A stretch of 64,000 nt of DNA from Chitinophaga pinensis (GTDB lineage: Bacteria; Bacteroidota; Bacteroidia; NS11-12g; UBA955): contig CAMDUE010000002.1 of NCBI GenBank assembly GCA_945877575.1, positions 197,861 through 261,860 of the forward strand, in the 5' to 3' direction. Shown one piece after another: positions 57,303-64,000 of the stretch. Position 1 is the first letter of the stretch, and each line of letters begins with the position of its first letter. The position numbers and the translations under genes are program-made. The notes beneath the pieces were generated by a model. The model searched no databases, was not told the DNA's origin, and saw only the letters and a list, made by a program, of their open reading frames with translations.

Positions 57303-59984
57303 ATGTTCGGGAAGTTTCTCATTATAAAACGATTAGCAGGGCTCATTTGGGCCTTGTCGTTTTTTAGTTTGAAGTCTTCTGTAAATTTCACAAGTCAAAA
57401 CATCCCCATTGAAAATGGGCTAAAAAAGAAAGTCACTTGGTCTTACAAGGGAAATGATTTCAAAACAGTTTTGAGTTTCTTTGAGAAGGAATCAGGGTAT
57501 TTTTTTCAATATGACCCTGGGTTAATTCCCTCTAAAAAGCAGTTCAACATTGAATATAAACAGGCTGTTTTGGGAGTGGTTTTGAGGGATTTTCTGCAAC
57601 AAAATGCCTTAGATTTTCAATTGGTTGGGAGTAAAAGTTTGGTTTTAAAAGCCTATCGAGAAAAAGTAAATGAGTTGATCATTAGTGGCCGCGTGTCACA
57701 AAAGTTTACGGGAGAACGAATTGTTCAAGCGTCTGTTTTTGTTCAGGGTGAGCCCACGGTTTATTATTCGAATTCGCAGGGTGTTTTTCAAGTCAGAACA
57801 AAACAGTCTTCTGCAATATTGGCCGTTACTTATCCAGGTTTTTTGCCCTTTTTTGATACATTAGATGGTTTGGGACGAACCTTTTATTTAGACGTTGTAT
57901 TAGAGCCCGAAGTTCAGCGCATGTCCGAAGCCAACGTGGCAGTTAAAATACAAACGGAGTTGCCGAGTACCATCAATGGTCAAACCGACAAGATCAATGT
58001 TACGGGAAAGCAATTGGGCAATTTTTCACATCTGTTGGGAGAACCCGATATTTTGAGGGTCTTTTCAACCAATCCGGGTGTTGTAGCTGGCAGTGAAGGT
58101 GTTTTTGGAATGTATGTTCGGGGTGGTGCATCAGATCAAAATTTGATTTTGTTGGATGATGTTCCCATCTATAATGCCTATCATATGTATGGGGTGTTTG
58201 GTGTTTTTAATGGCGATGTTGTGAAGAATGCTTCTTTTTATCGGGGATATTTTCCAGCGAATCAAGGGGGTAGATTAAGTTCAGTGGTGGAGGTTTTTAC
58301 AAGAGAAGGAAATGAGAAGAAGATAGAGGGTAGTTTAAGTGTGGGTCTACTTTCAAGTAGATTGTATTTTGGAGGGCCCTTATTTTCTAAACGAACCACT
58401 TTCTCTTTTGCAGCAAGGAGAAGTTTTTTTGATTTTCTGGTAGATCCTGTGGTTTCAGCTTTTCAATTGGATGGACAAGATTTGGTAAATCGTTATAATT
58501 TTTGGGATATCAATGCCAAGATTACTCATCGATTCAATAACAAAAGCAGGTTGAGTTTGTCAGCATATTCTGGTAAAGATAGAGCAGGATTGGTAGACAA
58601 TAAGAGTTTTGTATTGGATGAAAACGCTTATTATCAAAGGTCAGAAGACTTTTCGCGATGGGGAAATTCAGCGTATAGTATTCGGTGGGATTTGGTTACA
58701 TCACCCACATCGAATTTAATGTTCAAAGCGTATTATACCAATTACAACTACAGCCACAACCGGTCTTTTTTAAATGCTTTTTCTAGCGACGATGAACAGA
58801 AAATAACCGAAAGATCTCAATATGTGGTTTCAAATGGTATCAACGATTTAGAGGCATCTCTGCATTTTCAGAAACAGTGGAAGAACAAGATTAGGTGGGA
58901 AATAGGTTCTGGTTTTATTTATCATCAATTCCAACCCAATAAACGAAGTTTGAGTAGTTTCATTGATAGCGTTCAAACTAAAATTACCTTTGCTGATGAT
59001 GCTGCTAGAACACCCGAAATCTTTGGATATACCAATGTTCAAATCAATAGAGGGAAATGGGGTATTTATGATTTTGGTTTAAGAGGTGGATATTATAGTC
59101 TTGGAGAGGGGCAGTTTTATTTATTGCCTGAACCCAGATTTCAAGCTCGTTGGAATCCTTGGAAGCCTATTTGGATTAAACTTACAGCCGCGAGAAATAG
59201 ACAGTTTTTTCATCAGTTGAATAACCTAACTATGGGATTACCCTCTGATTTGTGGGTTCCTTCAACGGCTAATTTTAAGCCCGCTCAATCTAGATTATTA
59301 TCTGCAGGGACCTCAATTACCTTGTCAAAAAGTTGGAAATTAAATTCAGAGGTGTTTTACAGGCAGTTTTTTGACATACTTGAATACAAAGACAATGCGG
59401 TTTATGTAACCTCTAATTTGAATTGGGAGAACAGCGTTGTTTCTGGCACTGGCAGAGCAAGAGGAGTTGAAGTTTGGCTAGAAAAATCCAAAGGAAGACT
59501 TACCGGCTGGGCATCATACACCTACATGAATAATGACAGACTTTTCCAAGATTTAAATCAGGGAAAGGAGTTTTCCGCCCGTTACGATAGGCGCCACAGC
59601 GTATACATCACGGCCATGTATCAATTGAACAAACACTGGAATGTTTCGGGAAATTGGGTCTATAATTCAGGATTTGCATACACCCTGCCGGTAGGATATT
59701 ATCCTTCTCCATCTGGTTCTTTAGATCCGCGCAGAGACATTTATATTTATGGTTCTAGGAACAACGCCCGAACCAGAGATAATCACCGTTTAGATTTTTC
59801 AGTGATGAAAACAGTGATGCATCAAAATAGAGTTTCTTCATGGACCTTCGGGGTTTATAACATGTACAATCGGTTAAATCCATTTTACATGAATCTTGGC
59901 TTGAACGAAAAGGGCGGCCGTTCGTTATATCAAGTAAGTTTGTTGCCTTTTATGCCCTTTGTTAGTTATAAAATTGGATTTTGA
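57303..59984 (+). CDS. TonB-dependent receptor with N-terminal STN and carboxypeptidase-regulatory-like domains
   Basis: Plug motif GEPDILRVFSTNPGV. 893 aa. C-terminal beta-barrel ending in F. Confidence 0.8.
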   Translation: MFGKFLIIKRLAGLIWALSFFSLKSSVNFTSQNIPIENGLKKKVTWSYKGNDFKTVLSFFEKESGYFFQYDPGLIPSKKQFNIEYKQAVLGVVLRDFLQQNALDFQLVGSKSLVLKAYREKVNELIISGRVSQKFTGERIVQASVFVQGEPTVYYSNSQGVFQVRTKQSSAILAVTYPGFLPFFDTLDGLGRTFYLDVVLEPEVQRMSEANVAVKIQTELPSTINGQTDKINVTGKQLGNFSHLLGEPDILRVFSTNPGVVAGSEGVFGMYVRGGASDQNLILLDDVPIYNAYHMYGVFGVFNGDVVKNASFYRGYFPANQGGRLSSVVEVFTREGNEKKIEGSLSVGLLSSRLYFGGPLFSKRTTFSFAARRSFFDFLVDPVVSAFQLDGQDLVNRYNFWDINAKITHRFNNKSRLSLSAYSGKDRAGLVDNKSFVLDENAYYQRSEDFSRWGNSAYSIRWDLVTSPTSNLMFKAYYTNYNYSHNRSFLNAFSSDDEQKITERSQYVVSNGINDLEASLHFQKQWKNKIRWEIGSGFIYHQFQPNKRSLSSFIDSVQTKITFADDAARTPEIFGYTNVQINRGKWGIYDFGLRGGYYSLGEGQFYLLPEPRFQARWNPWKPIWIKLTAARNRQFFHQLNNLTMGLPSDLWVPSTANFKPAQSRLLSAGTSITLSKSWKLNSEVFYRQFFDILEYKDNAVYVTSNLNWENSVVSGTGRARGVEVWLEKSKGRLTGWASYTYMNNDRLFQDLNQGKEFSARYDRRHSVYITAMYQLNKHWNVSGNWVYNSGFAYTLPVGYYPSPSGSLDPRRDIYIYGSRNNARTRDNHRLDFSVMKTVMHQNRVSSWTFGVYNMYNRLNPFYMNLGLNEKGGRSLYQVSLLPFMPFVSYKIGF

Positions 59985-60892
59985 TGAGAGGTTTATTTTT
60001 TCGGGGGATGTTTTTAGCTGCGCTTCTTGGAGGATTCTCTTCTTGTGTAAAGGAGGTTGAGTTAGATACCCGAGATCAAACACCAGATTTGATGGTGTTT
60101 CATGGATATTGGCATTCAGACTCGCTCATCAGAGTGGAATTGGGTAAGGTAGCGCCCATTACGTCCTCAGGAATCAAAGTCAATGATGCCGAAATTTTTA
60201 TTAAAATCAACGACGTACTCACAGGCAAGATGCTTGCTTTGGGCAACGGCGAGTATGAACTTCCTAATGTGAAAATCAGGCCCAATGATTTGGTTAATTT
60301 AAATTTTAAATATGCTTCTATAGATGTAAATAAGACCTTGAAAGTTCCATCGAATGTAGTTATCAAGAAAATAGATACATTTCAAACAGTGGTAGGTTTT
60401 ATTGGAAAGACACCCACATTCAAGATTCATTTTAAAGACAGCGCCTACAATAAAAATGCGTATGTCTTAAATTTATGGGAAAAGCGGAGGTTTTATGAGC
60501 GAAACTCTCAAGGTAAAGTAGTTGATAGCACGGATAAAGAGTACAAGGTGGCAATTGAAGGCAACGAATTGCCTTTTTTGAGAAATAGATTTAATGAATA
60601 TACTACCAAAGAAATTTTATTTGACGATTTGGTATTTAACGGTTTGGAAAATGCCTTTGAGTTTTATATGAGCGCCCCTGATTTGAATGTTTCGGGAAAA
60701 TTATTGGAGCGTCGTGTAGTTTTAGAGAACATTGATAGGGAATTGTATGATTTTTGGAATTTGCGCAATGCTCATCTTTGGCAGCAAAATTCCATCACTC
60801 AAACACCAACAGTGGTAAAAGGTAACTTGGGTAATTGTTTGGGTGTCTGGGGATTGTTAAATTCAGATCAATGGATCATTAAATATCAGTAG
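59981..60892 (+). CDS. DUF4249 family lipoprotein
   Basis: Lipobox FSSCV. Conserved position downstream of a TonB-dependent receptor. Confidence 0.55.
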   Translation: MMRGLFFRGMFLAALLGGFSSCVKEVELDTRDQTPDLMVFHGYWHSDSLIRVELGKVAPITSSGIKVNDAEIFIKINDVLTGKMLALGNGEYELPNVKIRPNDLVNLNFKYASIDVNKTLKVPSNVVIKKIDTFQTVVGFIGKTPTFKIHFKDSAYNKNAYVLNLWEKRRFYERNSQGKVVDSTDKEYKVAIEGNELPFLRNRFNEYTTKEILFDDLVFNGLENAFEFYMSAPDLNVSGKLLERRVVLENIDRELYDFWNLRNAHLWQQNSITQTPTVVKGNLGNCLGVWGLLNSDQWIIKYQ

Positions 60893-62184
60893 ATTTTCAT
60901 TTCTACTTCTTCAATTCGAGCACCTTTCATTTTTTTAATGACAAATTCAAAGTTTTCATGTCGAATAGAATCACCTACTTGAGGAATGCGCTCTGCAAAA
61001 AAGATGATATATCCTCCTAAGGTATTGTATTCACCTTCTGAAAGATTGAGTTCGTATTTTTCGTTTAGATAATCAATTTCTAAGCGGGCATCGAATCGGT
61101 AGTGTTGATCACCCAATTTTTGTTCTTGGGCATCTTCGGTGTCAAACTCATCTTTGATTTCACCAAAGATTTCTTCAACCACATCTTCTACCGTAGCAAT
61201 TCCGGCGGTACCTCCAAATTCATCTACAATAACAGCCATACTTTTTCGCTCTTTGATGAATCGTTTTAGGAGATCGTGAGCATCTAAGTTTTCACTAACA
61301 ATAATAACGGGGTGCAGAACTTCGTGTAGTTTTTCAGGCTGTTGGAACAGGTCACTGTGATGTATAAAACCAATGATATTGTCAATGTTTTCTTTGTAGA
61401 CTAATATTCTAGATAAGGATGTTTCAATGAATTTTGCTTTCAGTACGTCTAGAGAGGTATTGATTTCAATAGCAATAATCTCTGTGCGTGGAACCATCAA
61501 GTCTTTAGATAAGACGTCTGAAAAGTCTAATGCATTTCTGAACGCTTCGGTATCTATTTCTTGGGTTTCTGAGTTTAGGGCATTTTCAATGCTCGATATG
61601 TAATTGTCTAAGTCTATTTTAGAAAATACTTGGGTGTGTTCATCGATGCTGTCTTTTGCAATTATCTTGATGAATAGTGCCGAAATCCATTTGATGAAGG
61701 CAATGAGTGGCCACAACAAAATATTAGCCAGTCTGAAAGGAAGGATCAGGGCAAAAATGAGGGAGTCAGCTTGTAATTTAAAAATGGTTTTGGGAATGTA
61801 CTCGGCAGTAATTAAAACCACTAAAGTACTGATGATGGTTGTAGCTAAGAAGTTAAAAAGGGTAGAATCTGATATTTTATTGAGGTAGTAATTCAAAATA
61901 TCACCAATGGCAATACCATAAATTACCAAGGCTAAATTTATAGCAACTAAAACAGTGCTGATGAATTCGTTTGGGTCTTTTATGTAGCGCCCCAACCATT
62001 TCCCTCCAAAAACACCTTTTTTGGTTTTTAATTCAATTCTCAGCTTATTAGCGGAGATGAATGCGATTTCCATTCCTGAGAAAAAACCAATGGTAATTAA
62101 ACAACCCAAGACAACAAGCCAACTTCCTGCGTTAGGAATATTAATGGTTTGTGCCTGTAAAAGTACCGAGAGGGGGTCTGCCAT
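60886..62184 (-). CDS. Hemolysin/CNNM family protein (DUF21 + CBS pair + CorC_HlyC), GldE-like
   Basis: Four N-terminal TM helices (DUF21). CBS pair. C-terminal transporter-associated domain. Confidence 0.8.
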   Translation of the reverse strand: MADPLSVLLQAQTINIPNAGSWLVVLGCLITIGFFSGMEIAFISANKLRIELKTKKGVFGGKWLGRYIKDPNEFISTVLVAINLALVIYGIAIGDILNYYLNKISDSTLFNFLATTIISTLVVLITAEYIPKTIFKLQADSLIFALILPFRLANILLWPLIAFIKWISALFIKIIAKDSIDEHTQVFSKIDLDNYISSIENALNSETQEIDTEAFRNALDFSDVLSKDLMVPRTEIIAIEINTSLDVLKAKFIETSLSRILVYKENIDNIIGFIHHSDLFQQPEKLHEVLHPVIIVSENLDAHDLLKRFIKERKSMAVIVDEFGGTAGIATVEDVVEEIFGEIKDEFDTEDAQEQKLGDQHYRFDARLEIDYLNEKYELNLSEGEYNTLGGYIIFFAERIPQVGDSIRHENFEFVIKKMKGARIEEVEMKIY

Positions 62185-62231
62185 ATTTATTCGAAGATAC
62201 GAATTTACGGCACATAGCCTAATTTTGCAGC

Positions 62232-63392
62232 ATGAATTTGCCGAAATCAGTGGGTATTATAGGAGGTGGTCAATTAGGAATGATGCTTTTAGAGGCTGCA
62301 AAATCCTCTGAAAACCAAGTGAAATATACCATTCTCGAAAGTTCTGTTGATTGCCCAGCAGCGCCTCTTGCCGATGAAGTAATTGTAGGTTCATTGAAGA
62401 ATGAAACTGATATTCAGAGGTTAGCAGCGGTAAGCGAGGTATTGACTTGGGAGATTGAGCACATTGCAGTAGATGCTCTGATTAAATTACAAAAACTAGG
62501 TAAAGTGATTGTTCCTAAGCCAGAGGTTCTGAAAATCATACAAGACAAAGGCATTCAAAAGCAGTTTTTTAGTAAAAATGAAATTCCAACGGCACCGTTT
62601 TTATTGCTAAATGCTTCCGAAATACAGGAAAATACCTTCAGTAATGACGTGGTTGGAGGTGAAAAATTAGTGATTAAGACCAGAACCGGTGGTTATGACG
62701 GTAAAGGTGTTTTTATTGCATCTCGTGAAGATATTTCTGCCGGAAGTATGCCATTCACCGGCAATTTATTGGTTGAGAAGTTTGCTCTTGATGCTTTAGA
62801 AGTAGCAGTGATTGTAGCTATTGACCAATTGGGCAATCAAACGACCTTTCCGGCAATTGAAATGTATTTTAACCCAGTCAGTAATTTGGTTGAATTTTTG
62901 TTTTCACCCGCTCAAATATCCCAGGAAATAGAAAAAAGAGCTCGCGAAATTGCCTTGAAAGCGGTTAGCGCGTTGAATTCAGCTGGACTTTTTGCAGTGG
63001 AGTTGTTTATCTTGCCTAACGGCGATGTTTGGGTCAATGAAATTGCGCCGAGGCCCCACAACAGCGGACATCATACCATTGAGGGTTGCAAAACCAGTCA
63101 GTTTGCCCAGTTGAATCGCATATTATTGGGACAAACTTTGGGAGATACTGCGCTTGTTCAGCCATCGGCAATGATCAACTTGGTGGGACCTGAGGGTGTT
63201 TCTGGGAATTACCAATTGGAAAACGAAGCACATTGGAACAGCCAAACCGATGTTTTTGTGCATATGTACAACAAGCTGGAGACTCGCCCACACAGAAAAT
63301 TGGGTCACGTAACGGTGACGGCTGATACGTTTGAGGAATTGATAACTAGAGCAACAGAGGTAAAAAATCAATTGCGGATTATACCGTCATGA
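62232..63392 (+). CDS. purK: N5-carboxyaminoimidazole ribonucleotide synthase
   Basis: ATP-grasp, VGIIGGGQLGMM N-terminus. Confidence 0.85.
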   Translation: MNLPKSVGIIGGGQLGMMLLEAAKSSENQVKYTILESSVDCPAAPLADEVIVGSLKNETDIQRLAAVSEVLTWEIEHIAVDALIKLQKLGKVIVPKPEVLKIIQDKGIQKQFFSKNEIPTAPFLLLNASEIQENTFSNDVVGGEKLVIKTRTGGYDGKGVFIASREDISAGSMPFTGNLLVEKFALDALEVAVIVAIDQLGNQTTFPAIEMYFNPVSNLVEFLFSPAQISQEIEKRAREIALKAVSALNSAGLFAVELFILPNGDVWVNEIAPRPHNSGHHTIEGCKTSQFAQLNRILLGQTLGDTALVQPSAMINLVGPEGVSGNYQLENEAHWNSQTDVFVHMYNKLETRPHRKLGHVTVTADTFEELITRATEVKNQLRIIPS

Positions 63393-63939
63393 TTTCTTTT
63401 TCTTTGTCAACAAAAAGCTCTTCTGTTTTGGCAATGAATGAATCAACGAGTTTTTGAACGCGGTCTTCACCGGCAGCCATTTCGTCTTCGCTTACACCAT
63501 CGGCTTTAAGTTTGCGAATTTTTTCGTTGGCGTCTTTTCGCAAATTGCGGATACCTACTTTTGAGCTTTCAGATTCAGCTTTAGCGCGTTTCACCAATTC
63601 TTTTCTTCTTTCTTCGGTAATTGGAGGAAGGTTAATTCTGATGTATTCACCGTCGTTTTGGGGTGCAAAACCTAAGTTGCTGTTGATGATTGCTTTTTCA
63701 ATGGCATTTATCAGTGATTTGTCCCAAGGTTGAATATTGATAGAGCGAGCATCTGGGGTGTTGACGTTGGCAACCTGCCCAATGGGGGTGCTTGCACCAT
63801 AGTATTCCACGAAAACACCGTCAAGCATATCAGGAGAGGACTTACCTGCTCTGATACGTTTGAACTCAATTTTGGTGTGATCAAGATTTTTTTCGAGGTT
63901 TTCTTTTAGTTGTTCAATTACGGCGTTAACACTGCTCAT
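63379..63939 (-). CDS. frr: Ribosome recycling factor
   Basis: 186 aa. IRAGKSSPDMLDGVFVEYYG...KDLVKRAKAE pattern. Confidence 0.9.
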   Translation of the reverse strand: MSSVNAVIEQLKENLEKNLDHTKIEFKRIRAGKSSPDMLDGVFVEYYGASTPIGQVANVNTPDARSINIQPWDKSLINAIEKAIINSNLGFAPQNDGEYIRINLPPITEERRKELVKRAKAESESSKVGIRNLRKDANEKIRKLKADGVSEDEMAAGEDRVQKLVDSFIAKTEELFVDKEKEIMTV

Positions 63940-64000
63940 GGTTGCAAAAATAATAATTCTATGAATATTTAATAGGCGCGTTCAGATCTTCCTTCGTAAA

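Overview
This is a Bacteroidetes-type chromosomal segment. The lineage call rests on several features: S46 dipeptidyl-peptidase, a T9SS C-terminal sorting domain, GldH-like and GldE-like proteins, DUF4249 next to a TonB-dependent receptor, DUF3822 next to RsmD, DUF4143 and DUF4197. No rRNA, tRNA or CRISPR array was seen. The layout is as follows. (1) 0.2-18.4 kb is an AT-rich O-antigen/polysaccharide biosynthesis locus: six GT4 and one GT2 glycosyltransferases, a Wzy-like polymerase, a CapK-like adenylating enzyme, an acyltransferase-3, a WbpL/WecA-family initiating transferase, an SDR epimerase/reductase, an AsnB-like amidotransferase and a WbpM/CapD dehydratase. A GC-rich DUF4143 AAA ATPase gene sits between the AsnB-like and WbpM-like genes. 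(2) 18.4-22.6 kb is a very AT-rich cassette (about 25-30 % GC by eye): a polytopic membrane protein, a polysaccharide deacetylase, a GNAT/FemAB-like acyltransferase and a GtrB/ArnC-like polyprenyl-phosphate GT2. It looks like a horizontally acquired lipid-linked sugar modification module. (3) A DUF1800/DUF1501 pair. (4) A split ligase-associated DNA damage response pair: an MBL-fold exonuclease and an ATP-dependent DNA ligase. An S46 peptidase and an AT-rich DUF1778/GNAT (TacA/TacT-like) toxin-antitoxin pair lie between them. (5) Core genes: wecB, pheT, coaX, an LptC-like gene, a TetR regulator, a 1.4-kDa-scale (1385 aa) T9SS-secreted lipase-like beta-helix protein with a divergent HTH regulator, a beta-CASP MBL hydrolase, lpxK, a GldH-like lipoprotein, comM/yifB, an enoyl-CoA hydratase, a 1068-aa M1 metallopeptidase, rsmD, coaD, a NUDIX hydrolase, pyrE, an AlkD-like gene, a TonB-dependent receptor, a GldE-like gene, purK and frr. 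The most unusual signal is a dispersed family of hexamer (GGTAGN) and heptamer (GGGWWTC) simple-repeat arrays. It occurs at eight or more loci. Some copies are intergenic at gene 5' ends or between convergent genes. Several are inserted in-frame inside the ligase, the exonuclease and the M1 peptidase, where they encode Pro/Thr/Tyr-rich low-complexity linkers. Several carry canonical G-quadruplex motifs. A second notable signal is a TTGCG-W5-CGCAA inverted-repeat motif. It is present twice in front of the giant T9SS gene and once abutting the ligase start codon.
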